From: Anaerolineae bacterium
GTDB lineage: Bacteria > Chloroflexota > Anaerolineae > UBA1429
DNA length: 64,000 nt
NCBI GenBank assembly: GCA_040772225.1
Contig: JAXGYO010000002.1
Span: forward strand, 1,200,448 to 1,264,447
Reading direction: 5' to 3'
Under the pieces are notes generated by a model, which was not told the origin of the DNA, searched no databases, and saw only the letters and a program-made list of their open reading frames with translations. How positions within the stretch are numbered: the stretch's first letter is position 1; every line of letters begins with the position of its first letter. The position numbers and the translations under genes were made by a program. Positions 43,695-52,027 of the stretch are shown piece by piece.

Positions 43695-45708
43695 TGGGCG
43701 CAACGCCTGTATAGTCCATAAGATACTTGAACATCTCCACAAACGCGGGCCCAGCCTCTTGCCCGCCCCACTGTCCCTCTCCGAGCCCATCGAGCTTGAC
43801 CATGACCACATAGCGTGGATCTGGGATTGGTCCATAGCCCACAAAGGAACCGATATAGTAGTCCGGGATATAGGTGCCGTCGCGGACGACCTGAGAGGTG
43901 CCGGACTTGCCCGCGATACGGTAGCCGGGAACCAGCGCTGCGGACATACCCATGGGGACGGCATCGACGAGCATCGCGGTCACCTGCCGCGCCACGTCTG
44001 CCGATACAACCTGACGCCCCCAGGTGTCCTCAACGACGCGCGTGCCATCGCCATCGCGCACCGCCGCCACGATATGCGGCCGGCGCATCACCCCATCGTT
44101 GGCGAGCGCGCCAAATGCCGCCGCGACCTGCAACGGCGTCACAGACATCCCCTGTCCATAGCTATTCCTGCCGAGATCGGAGAGATGCCAGTCCTCCTGC
44201 CCTGGCACACGCATGATGCCGCGCTCTTCGGCTGTCAGATCGATGCCTGTCGGATCGGAAAAACCGAAACGCTTGAACATCTCATAGAAGCGCGCCGGCC
44301 CAAGCGAAGAAGCCACGTGAGCCGCGCCCACGTTCAGTGAGTAAGCCAGGAGCTCGGTCATGGTAGTCTCGCCATGCGCCCTGAGATCGGCGTTCCGCAC
44401 CTCCTGATCGCCGACCACAATCGACCCCGTATCTGTATAGGTCGTATCCGGATGGATCACACGTGCGTCAAGGGCAGCCGCGATCGTAATTGGCTTTATC
44501 ACGGAACCAGGCTCGTAGACTGCTCCGGTCGCATTGTTCCGCAGTGTGTCTAGATTTACCTCCCAAAAGCGCGCCGGATCATAGGTCGGACTGTTCGCCA
44601 TCGCGATGATCGCACCCGTCGCCGGCTCCAGGACAATCAGGTTCCCCGACTCGGCGCCGCTCGAAACTACAGCCTCGCGCAGAACCTTCTCGGCCTCATT
44701 CTGCACATTTCGATCCAACGTCAGGATCAGATCAGTGCCATCGATCGCTGCGCGATATCCGCCCAATTCCGCCAATAAACGGTCACCCGACGGGTCATTT
44801 ACGCCCTGCCAGGCGCCATCCTTACCACGCAACTGCCCTTCATAGTAAAATTCCAGGCCATACTGTGGATCGCCGGCGAAATTGACAAAGCCAAGTACGT
44901 GAGATGCCAGGGGAGCATCCGGATAGATGCGCTGGAAACCCAGCTCTGTGGTGAGGATATCGCTTTGCAGTGCGCGTATGCCCTCACACTGGGCTGCCGG
45001 CACACCGACACTCAACATATGTCGCTGATTCCGGCTGGCTGCCAGCGTCGCAGTCATGTCTGTAAGGGGCTCACCGAGCACCTCAGAGAGCAATCGCGCC
45101 AGTACAGCGGACATATCGCCGCCCGAAGACAGGGCCAGCTGTCTCTGGTCCTTCCATACGCCAGTGCTTTCCTCGCTCGTCTCGTCCACAAAGGACCACG
45201 CCAGGAGTTCGCGGTCGGCGAGTTGTTCAGCCAGCTCCTCAGCAAGGCCCCTGGCGTACTCGTTCGTCTTTCTGTCGCTGACATCCTGGCCGCGCCGGGC
45301 GTCCTGCGCAACGAGCAGCTCTGCAAAGCGCGGAACATAGCCGGAAGGCGTCGCATCATCTTCAAAAATCAGCCCCATGGATACGATCGTGGCGGTTACT
45401 GCCAGGCGCTCCCGAAACTTTAACTGCTCCTCACGGTTGTCATAGAGGTCCGGCCGAAAAAAGACATTGCAGGCATAGGTAGATGTGGCAAGAGGGTATC
45501 CGTTAGTATCAATGATGTCGCCACGGACCGCCGGAATCACCTCAGGCGCTTGCGGCCTGGAGACGATGCGACCGAACATCTGGTACCAGGCAAGGCGGCC
45601 CACCAGGAGCAAAGCAACGCCAGAGAGGATGATCTCCACCCAGATCATCCGCTTGAGTTGCCCCTCATCGGCACTCTTGCTGATGCGCTCTATGGTCGTC
45701 AACTGCAC
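43687..45708 (-). CDS. ftsI: Class B penicillin-binding protein (FtsI-like transpeptidase). The start is uncertain, with candidates between 45648 and 45708.
   Basis: An N-terminal TM segment, a dimerisation domain, and a transpeptidase domain with SVIKP, SLN, KSGTS. Confidence 0.85.
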   Translation of the reverse strand: MQLTTIERISKSADEGQLKRMIWVEIILSGVALLLVGRLAWYQMFGRIVSRPQAPEVIPAVRGDIIDTNGYPLATSTYACNVFFRPDLYDNREEQLKFRERLAVTATIVSMGLIFEDDATPSGYVPRFAELLVAQDARRGQDVSDRKTNEYARGLAEELAEQLADRELLAWSFVDETSEESTGVWKDQRQLALSSGGDMSAVLARLLSEVLGEPLTDMTATLAASRNQRHMLSVGVPAAQCEGIRALQSDILTTELGFQRIYPDAPLASHVLGFVNFAGDPQYGLEFYYEGQLRGKDGAWQGVNDPSGDRLLAELGGYRAAIDGTDLILTLDRNVQNEAEKVLREAVVSSGAESGNLIVLEPATGAIIAMANSPTYDPARFWEVNLDTLRNNATGAVYEPGSVIKPITIAAALDARVIHPDTTYTDTGSIVVGDQEVRNADLRAHGETTMTELLAYSLNVGAAHVASSLGPARFYEMFKRFGFSDPTGIDLTAEERGIMRVPGQEDWHLSDLGRNSYGQGMSVTPLQVAAAFGALANDGVMRRPHIVAAVRDGDGTRVVEDTWGRQVVSADVARQVTAMLVDAVPMGMSAALVPGYRIAGKSGTSQVVRDGTYIPDYYIGSFVGYGPIPDPRYVVMVKLDGLGEGQWGGQEAGPAFVEMFKYLMDYTGVAPNE

Positions 45709-45718
45709 CCAGCCTGCT

Positions 45719-46201
45719 CTACCATGTCGGAAACGCCAGCCGAATCCCCCTCCGCAGCCTCTCGCCAATGTCAGCCCAGAGCCCGCCGACATCGTCCTGA
45801 ATGGCACTGGCCCGGCCCGCCGCGTCTCTCGCCACCATCGGCGGCGGCGTACAGTCAGCAGCGCACTGGACAATGAGTAACGCCTCATCCGACGATGCCG
45901 CGGGCAAACGATAGCCCATCTCCGAGCCCTCAATAAGCACGCGCTTGAGCGAGCCGAGCATGGCCACCTCTCCGCGCAGGATCACTATCTCACGGTGACG
46001 CGCTTCCTTCTCCAGTTCCAACTCACGGATCTCGCTGGCCAGCTGGGCCACCTCGCTTGCCTGACGGAGATACAGCCACCCTGCGAGGGCAAGCAGCAGC
46101 AACACAATGCCAAAGAACGCCATCATGCGCAGGTCGACGCGCGCGCCGGCATCCCCGGATTTGCGCCCATAGAGCATGAACAGGCGATCTCTATCGGGCA
46201 C
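45719..46201 (-). CDS. FtsL/DivIC-like cell division protein, with a TM segment and a coiled coil
   Basis: A short cytoplasmic tail, one TM segment (FFGIVLLLLALAGWLYL), and a coiled coil (EIRELELEKEARHREIVILRGE). It sits in the ftsL slot between rsmH and ftsI. Confidence 0.55.
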   Translation of the reverse strand: MPDRDRLFMLYGRKSGDAGARVDLRMMAFFGIVLLLLALAGWLYLRQASEVAQLASEIRELELEKEARHREIVILRGEVAMLGSLKRVLIEGSEMGYRLPAASSDEALLIVQCAADCTPPPMVARDAAGRASAIQDDVGGLWADIGERLRRGIRLAFPTW

Positions 46202-47204
46202 GGTGTGACCTCATGTCGCGCTCCTGCACTGCCTCTTGAGCCCTTGCTGCGCTGAATTTGCGCGCCACTCGCAGCAGGGCACTCCTGCTGCGAGGATTCC
46301 TGGCAACCTCTTGTAGCCCTGCCGTCACCGGCTTTTTCGTCAGCCGCTCCAGCCGAGCAACATGGCCACACTCGCATACCGGCAGCCGCGGGGGGCAGAT
46401 ACACCCTCGCGATTCCTGGACCATCCACTGTTTGACGATGCGGTCCTCCAGCGAATGGAAAGAGATGACCGCGAGCACACCCCCCGGTGCCAGCACCTCA
46501 AGCGCCTGCGGCAAGGTCTCGGCCAGTGACGCCAGTTCGCCGTTAACCGCGATCCTGATGGCTTGAAACGTCCGCGTTGCCGGATGGATGCCCCCCGACG
46601 TGCGCACCGCCCTCGAAATCACCTCCGCCAGATGCGCGGTATCAGCGATAGGCCGGGCATTGACGATGCTTCTCGCAACGCGCCGGGCATAGCGCTCCTC
46701 ACCATACTCATAGATCACACGGGCCAGATCCTGCTCGGACCAGTGATTGACGACATCATCTGCAGAGAGAGCCTGTCCCGGATCCATCCTCATGTCGAGC
46801 GGACCCGCCTCTCGAAAAGAGAATCCACGTCGAGCATCGTCCAGCTGGAGGGACGATACCCCCAGGTCCATCAGTATCCCGTCACAGCCGTCAAAGCCGC
46901 TCTCTGCGGCGATCCGCTCAAGCTCACGATGCCTGCCCTGTACGAACGTCACGCGGCCTCTTTGAGCGCTCAGATTGCGCTCTGCGATGGCCAGCGCCGA
47001 AGGATCAGCGTCAATGGCCAATAGCCGACCGTCTGGCTCGCAACGCAGAAGTATCGCCGCTGCGTGTCCGCCCAGCCCTACAGTCGCATCGATATAGCGT
47101 CCGCCGGGCCGCGGATCAAGGTACTCGAGCACCTGCCCAAGCAGAACCGGCGTGTGACTCCATGTGGCCTGCGTCTCGCCGGCGCCCTCACCTGTTGCGG
47201 CCAT
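46191..47204 (-). CDS. rsmH: 16S rRNA (cytosine1402-N4)-methyltransferase RsmH/MraW
   Basis: 337 aa, conserved second gene of the dcw cluster. Confidence 0.9.
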   Translation of the reverse strand: MAATGEGAGETQATWSHTPVLLGQVLEYLDPRPGGRYIDATVGLGGHAAAILLRCEPDGRLLAIDADPSALAIAERNLSAQRGRVTFVQGRHRELERIAAESGFDGCDGILMDLGVSSLQLDDARRGFSFREAGPLDMRMDPGQALSADDVVNHWSEQDLARVIYEYGEERYARRVARSIVNARPIADTAHLAEVISRAVRTSGGIHPATRTFQAIRIAVNGELASLAETLPQALEVLAPGGVLAVISFHSLEDRIVKQWMVQESRGCICPPRLPVCECGHVARLERLTKKPVTAGLQEVARNPRSRSALLRVARKFSAARAQEAVQERDMRSHRAR

Positions 47205-47207
47205 GAT

Positions 47208-47660
47208 CTAAAAGAGCCCTTTGGCTGACAGACTTCTCAGAATATCGGGAAGTTTCTCGTGATCGCCGGTCAGAACAGCCTCGTGGCGCTCGGGGCTCCA
47301 GATCTCGATCGCTTCTTGAGCCCCCACAATGGTGGCACGATCCTCTAGATCCGCCCATTCACGGAGGTGATCGGGGATCAAGATCCGCCCCAGCGTGTCC
47401 AGAGATACGTCCGCGGCTCCGCCAAACGTCCATCGGGTATAAATCTGTCGTTCATCGCTGCTCCACGGCAGCGACTTGAGGAGGCGTTCTTGTTCGTCCC
47501 AAAAATGCTGAGGATAGATGATGAGGTACGGGCCATAGCCGCGCGTAAGGACAAGACCCGCTTCCAGATCCTCCCTCATGCGCGCAGGGATCGTCAGGCG
47601 CCCCTTGCTATCGAGTGAGTGCGTGAACGTACCGCGGAACGACACCGTGACCTCCCCCAT
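47208..47660 (-). CDS. mraZ: Transcriptional regulator MraZ. The start is trimmed to MGEVTVSFRG.
   Basis: Two MraZ/SpoVT-AbrB repeats (SFRGTFTHSLDSKGRLTIP...GRILIP). Confidence 0.85.
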   Translation of the reverse strand: MGEVTVSFRGTFTHSLDSKGRLTIPARMREDLEAGLVLTRGYGPYLIIYPQHFWDEQERLLKSLPWSSDERQIYTRWTFGGAADVSLDTLGRILIPDHLREWADLEDRATIVGAQEAIEIWSPERHEAVLTGDHEKLPDILRSLSAKGLF

Positions 47661-47711
47661 CCTGAGGTCCCTGCGGACGATACGAGTGGGGCCCGAAGCC
47701 TGCACAATTTC

Positions 47712-47749
47712 CCACAATTATGCACAGAGACCCACCAATTGACCACAGT
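47712..47749 (-). promoter_or_regulatory. Three GTGG(G) direct repeats (putative MraZ operator) at and downstream of the Pmra -10
   Basis: Reverse strand: cTGTGGtcaattgGTGGGtctctgtgcataattGTGGGaa. Confidence 0.35.
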
Positions 47750-47776
47750 ATACACAAGATACGGGCAGATGCCAAT
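47748..47776 (-). promoter_or_regulatory. dcw-operon promoter Pmra (TTGGCA-N17-TATACT)
   Basis: Read on the reverse strand in the AT-richer 140-bp spacer upstream of mraZ. Confidence 0.45.
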
Positions 47777-47857
47777 CCTTTTTGCGAGGAATATCCACTC
47801 TGGAGAACTTTTTACGAGGAATTCAGCCAGTCTGGCACCCACGCGAACCGCCGTTGA

Positions 47858-49111
47858 TCAACGATATCGCAGCCAGCTCGGGCGTGTCTGTCCGCAACAC
47901 TGCTTGACCTTTTTCCCAGACCCACAGGAACACGGGTCATTTCGTCCCACCGGCAGCACCGGAGGTGGCGGCGCCTTGGACCCGGGATGACTCGGAGGTG
48001 GGAGATAGGCCTCGCGCAGATGCATGAATCCGTCATAGCTGTGCGCATAGAACTGCTGCATGGCTCGGCAGAGATAGTGGCCCTGTGTGCCATCGAGACC
48101 CACAAAGCGCGGACAGCCCTGCTGGCACAGGGGAAGCCAGGCGCAACTCTGACATTCCGGCCTCGGATTGGACTTGGCGCACGCGAATTCGGCCAACCCG
48201 CCACCGCTAAACGCCTGTTCCAGCGTCACGTCATTGAGATTGCCCAGAAAGAGATCATCCCTCACGAAAAAGTCGCACGGGTAGAGATCGCCATTGTACT
48301 CTACGACCAGATAGCTCCCGCAGTGCTCCTGATAGCAGCAGACGGAAGCCTCCTGTCCTACGTAGGCCGCCAGAATCGCGTCAAAATCTCGCACCGAGAC
48401 TTGCGGGTTCCCGCCGTTGTACCAGCGATCAAAGACCTCGCACAAAAAGTCACCGTACTGCTCCGGCTGCACAGAAAACTCGGCGATCTCGCCCGTCGCA
48501 GGATCGATCTCAACACACGGGATGAATTGCAGGTAATCAAAACCCTGCCCCACCAGATAGTCATAGATCTCAGACCCGTGGCTACCCGTCACGCGATTGA
48601 CAACAGAGAGGATATTGTACGCGACGCCCTGGCGTTGCAGCCTTCCGATCGATTCCATGACCCGGGCATGGCTCCCGGACCCGTCCACGTGCACACGATA
48701 GCGGTCGTGGTACTTTGCCGGGCCATCCAGGCTCACCCCAACCAGGAAATTGTACTTGCGCAGAAAACGGGCCCAGTCATCGTTCAACAGCAGCGCATTG
48801 GTCTGCAGACCGTTGCTCACCGACTGCCCCGGATAGCCGTAGCGCTGCTGTAACGCGACCACTTGCTCAAAGAACTCCAGCCCACACAAGGTGGGCTCCC
48901 CGCCCTGCCAGCCAAATACCGCTTGCCTTCGATCGAGACGCATGGCCTGGCTGATGAGCAACTCCAGCACAGCAGGACTCATTCGTCGCACCGGTCCACC
49001 ACTGTACGGATCGGTCGGCCGATCGTGGTAGAAGCAGTACGAACAATGCAAGTTGCAGTCGGCTGAGGCCGGCTTGATGAGCAGGCTGCGAGCCTGGGTC
49101 GAGGATGCCAT
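47858..49111 (-). CDS. Radical SAM/SPASM enzyme of the anaerobic sulfatase-maturating enzyme (anSME) family with a C-terminal SEC-C zinc motif. The start is trimmed to MASSTQARSLLIKPAS (+/-1 nt).
   Basis: CNLHCSYCFY (Cx3Cx2C), GGEPTL, SPASM Cys clusters (CCYQEHCGSY...CDFF...CQSCAWLPLCQQGC), C-terminal RNDPCSCGSGKKVKQCCG. Confidence 0.8.
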   Translation of the reverse strand: MASSTQARSLLIKPASADCNLHCSYCFYHDRPTDPYSGGPVRRMSPAVLELLISQAMRLDRRQAVFGWQGGEPTLCGLEFFEQVVALQQRYGYPGQSVSNGLQTNALLLNDDWARFLRKYNFLVGVSLDGPAKYHDRYRVHVDGSGSHARVMESIGRLQRQGVAYNILSVVNRVTGSHGSEIYDYLVGQGFDYLQFIPCVEIDPATGEIAEFSVQPEQYGDFLCEVFDRWYNGGNPQVSVRDFDAILAAYVGQEASVCCYQEHCGSYLVVEYNGDLYPCDFFVRDDLFLGNLNDVTLEQAFSGGGLAEFACAKSNPRPECQSCAWLPLCQQGCPRFVGLDGTQGHYLCRAMQQFYAHSYDGFMHLREAYLPPPSHPGSKAPPPPVLPVGRNDPCSCGSGKKVKQCCGQTRPSWLRYR

Positions 49112-49136
49112 GACAGATTCCTTGCTGAGCTGATCA

Positions 49137-49164
49137 GAGCATAGCGCCGCCGGTCGCCCTGTCA
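49137..49164 (-). promoter_or_regulatory. Promoter (TTGACA-N16-TATGCT) with an AAGGAA ribosome-binding site immediately upstream of the radical SAM gene
   Basis: Reverse strand: ttgacagggcgaccggcggcgctatgct...aaggaatctgtcATG. Confidence 0.4.
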
Positions 49165-49200
49165 ATCCAGCCATCCGCGCAGGTTGGCCAGTCAACGGCT

Positions 49201-50778
49201 TTAGCGCGTCACAAAGGGAAGCCAGAGCCTGGTAGTCAGAGGCACCGGGCTTCCCAGGTATAGACTCCCATGCCCATACAGTGGGTCCCATCCCGCAGGG
49301 GGCAAGTTGTCCCGAGCATGCTGGAACAGGAAGGCCTCTACTTCGTCGGGCCCCCAATCAGGTGAGCGCCCCAGAATGAGCGCAGCGGCACCTGCCACGT
49401 GGGGCACCGCAGCCGCACTCCCTCCAAATATCCCCGCGCTTGCGGTCGAGACGCCGCCGTACGCGACGATACCGGGCTGCGCCAGGCCGCCCTCCGTCAC
49501 GCCACCGGGCCCCTTGGTCGGGCCCTGGGAGCTGTCCGGAATCACCGCATAGGGAGGCCGCCAGGATGCCGCCCCCACGCTGAGCGCCCCCGAGGCATCG
49601 GCCAGGTTGGTCAGACTCTGCGCCGCGCTGCTGTAATGCAGGCGCGTCCCGCCGCTCACAAACAGGTCGAGGTGGATGTCACGCGTGGCGCTGTGATCGC
49701 GAATCACCAGGCCATAGCAGCTCTGGGGCGATAGGGTTGCGAACATCAGCGATTCAGTCGGCTTCTGGCCGTGAAGCCCCGTCTGCGGGTCAGTGCTGGA
49801 GGCGACAACCTTGAGAGTCGGATCATCCGGATCTGATTCATAGAGGTACAGATCATAGTCCTGGTCGACGGCATCCCAGTCGCTCCATCGCAGCGTGGCC
49901 TGGATCATTGTCCCCGCCGGTATGTCGTACCCATTGTCTGTGTACAGCCAATTGATTCGATCGTCCGGCCCGAACCACAGCACATCGCCCGCTTGCGGAT
50001 CATCCCAATCACCGCACCAGTGTCGTTGCCGGTAGTCGCCCGCCGCCGATACCCAGAGTATCCCGGCCGCGCGTGCCCGCGCCACCTGATCCGCAATCAG
50101 GCCGGTGCCATCTCCCGGCCCAACGTCGACCCACGCGATCGATGTGCTGATGATCTGCACACTTTCGTCGATCAGCCAGTCCACGGCCTCCACCAGATCG
50201 GCCGGGGTGAGTATCTTTGCAAGGTAGAGCGCGGACCCCGGTGCAACATCGTGGATGATCTCCGCCGCCGCCGTACCGTGAGGGGTCCCTGTTCCAACCG
50301 ATGTGCCCTCCTGACCGTCGACAAAGTTGCGCGTCGTGACATGCTCAGGCAGCTCAGAGCCGAGCAGGGCCTGGTATAGTCCAAAGCCAAGATCGATGAC
50401 TCCCACCCTGACGCCTTGCCCCATATAGCCCGCCTGGTGCCAGGCTGTGGCGCCCATGGCCTCCAGGGCCTCGGTGCACACCGCGCCACTTGCGGGCAAG
50501 CGTGCCGGGTCAGTTTCTGGAATGCATGAGTCCATCGAGAGCGCGCCGTGGGTGAGGGGATGCGGGGCATCGGAAAGTTCAAGAGCCGACCGAAGGAAAC
50601 GAGTTCGAATTGCGGGAGCAGAGTCGTTGTCGCGATGAGCAGCACTGTCCACATGTCTGGCGGCTGCGCCGCAGTTCAAGACCAGCGTGAGCGCGAGGAC
50701 TGTTTGGAAAGCATAGAGCTGCAGAGTCCGCATCCGCACTCCAGGCAACAAAGCAGCGATGATCAAGCGCGGCCACAC
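49201..50778 (-). CDS. Secreted S8 family subtilisin-like serine peptidase. It has a signal peptide, and the real start is probably MRTLQLYAF.
   Basis: Catalytic triad contexts VGVIDLG (Asp), HGTAAAE (His), GGSAAAVPHVAG (Ser). A hydrophobic N-terminus. Confidence 0.8.
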   Translation of the reverse strand: MWPRLIIAALLPGVRMRTLQLYAFQTVLALTLVLNCGAAARHVDSAAHRDNDSAPAIRTRFLRSALELSDAPHPLTHGALSMDSCIPETDPARLPASGAVCTEALEAMGATAWHQAGYMGQGVRVGVIDLGFGLYQALLGSELPEHVTTRNFVDGQEGTSVGTGTPHGTAAAEIIHDVAPGSALYLAKILTPADLVEAVDWLIDESVQIISTSIAWVDVGPGDGTGLIADQVARARAAGILWVSAAGDYRQRHWCGDWDDPQAGDVLWFGPDDRINWLYTDNGYDIPAGTMIQATLRWSDWDAVDQDYDLYLYESDPDDPTLKVVASSTDPQTGLHGQKPTESLMFATLSPQSCYGLVIRDHSATRDIHLDLFVSGGTRLHYSSAAQSLTNLADASGALSVGAASWRPPYAVIPDSSQGPTKGPGGVTEGGLAQPGIVAYGGVSTASAGIFGGSAAAVPHVAGAAALILGRSPDWGPDEVEAFLFQHARDNLPPAGWDPLYGHGSLYLGSPVPLTTRLWLPFVTR

Positions 50779-50864
50779 ATCGGACCAACAGATCTAGACG
50801 ATCGTCTCCCCGTCCGGGCTTTTGACCCACAGCTGATGGCCAACGCAGCGAGGCGAACAGCCCC

Positions 50865-51986
50865 TCAGGACCTGGCGCCCTGATCCAACAGCAGATGCCC
50901 CGTGCCTGCCCCGCAACTCGTGCGCACCACAAGCTCGCCCGTTACCAGTGCCAGTACGGGCTCTTTGCCCTGAGTGAGGTCAGCAATCGCGGTGACCGCC
51001 TGCCGCGCTGCGGCCATGAGGCCAAAGCGGAATGTCGTGAGCGGCTCGGCGAGATAGGCTCCAAAGGGCTCATCTCCCATGCCTGCAACGGCCACATCTG
51101 AAGGGCAGGCCAGCCCGATAGATGCCAGGCGATGAATGACCTCTACCGCCAGCGTATCGGACGAACACACCACCGCCGTCGGGCGGCGGCTGCCGCCCAT
51201 CACCCGGTCAAACCGGTCATCATTCTGGCTCTCGACGTCCCGGGCAGAAAAGACCCACTCTAGCGCCAGCTCCAGACCATGGTCCCACATACTGGCTGCA
51301 AAGCCGCTATAGCGGCGCCAGCCCTCGACCTGCAGGGGGTCCGTACCAATGTAGGCAATACGCCTGTGCCCCTGGGCGATCACGTGCTGTGTCACCCGGG
51401 CCATCGCCGCCTGTTCATCGATCCCGACGGCAGGCAAATCGAGCCCTTCGATCGCCCGACCGAACAGAATGCTGCGTTGGGCATACTCTGCGGTGAGGGC
51501 TCGGTAACGCTCCGCGAGGCCTTCTTCGGAACCCTGGACGGCCCACAGGAGGGGCACGTCGTTCAGGCCTGCAGGCAAAACGCCGAGAACTTGCTCCGGC
51601 GTCAGCCCGGCCGGATAGTAGAGCATCTCGACAGTCTGACCCAAAGGCCCAAAGCAGGAGATCGTGGCATCGATAAGCGCCCGCAGCAACGCATCGGGCT
51701 CGGAGGCGAGGATCGCCACATCGGGGCGCCCCCCGGGAACACCGTCAGAGACCGGCTCATCCTCGACATACCAGCCCAACCCGTGCCGGCTATAGACCCG
51801 CGATTGGTGAGCGAGCTCACGGAGCGCTCGACGCACAGTGATCTGGCTCACCTGGTACATATCGCACAAGGCATGCTCACTCGGCAGTTTGTCGCCGGGC
51901 GCCCAGGTGCCATCCTGAATACCCTCAGTGATGCGATTGGCTACTTGCCAGTAGAGCGGCTCGCTTCCGCGCAGATTCGAACTCAC
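50865..51986 (-). CDS. AraR-type chimeric regulator, with a GntR-family winged HTH plus a LacI/GalR-type sugar-binding domain
   Basis: An N-terminal LPSEHALCDMYQVSQITVRRALREL GntR HTH, and a C-terminal periplasmic-binding-protein-like (LacI type) domain. Confidence 0.7.
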   Translation of the reverse strand: MSSNLRGSEPLYWQVANRITEGIQDGTWAPGDKLPSEHALCDMYQVSQITVRRALRELAHQSRVYSRHGLGWYVEDEPVSDGVPGGRPDVAILASEPDALLRALIDATISCFGPLGQTVEMLYYPAGLTPEQVLGVLPAGLNDVPLLWAVQGSEEGLAERYRALTAEYAQRSILFGRAIEGLDLPAVGIDEQAAMARVTQHVIAQGHRRIAYIGTDPLQVEGWRRYSGFAASMWDHGLELALEWVFSARDVESQNDDRFDRVMGGSRRPTAVVCSSDTLAVEVIHRLASIGLACPSDVAVAGMGDEPFGAYLAEPLTTFRFGLMAAARQAVTAIADLTQGKEPVLALVTGELVVRTSCGAGTGHLLLDQGARS

Positions 51987-52027
51987 AGCATTGCCTCACA
52001 CCGCTGATGACTCGCCCACTCTTCCAA

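Noticed and set aside
49111-49201. A possible short precursor-peptide ORF between the S8 and rSAM genes
   Set aside because: The gap of about 90 bp is occupied by a promoter and ribosome-binding site. It contains no ORF with a start and ribosome-binding site on either strand.
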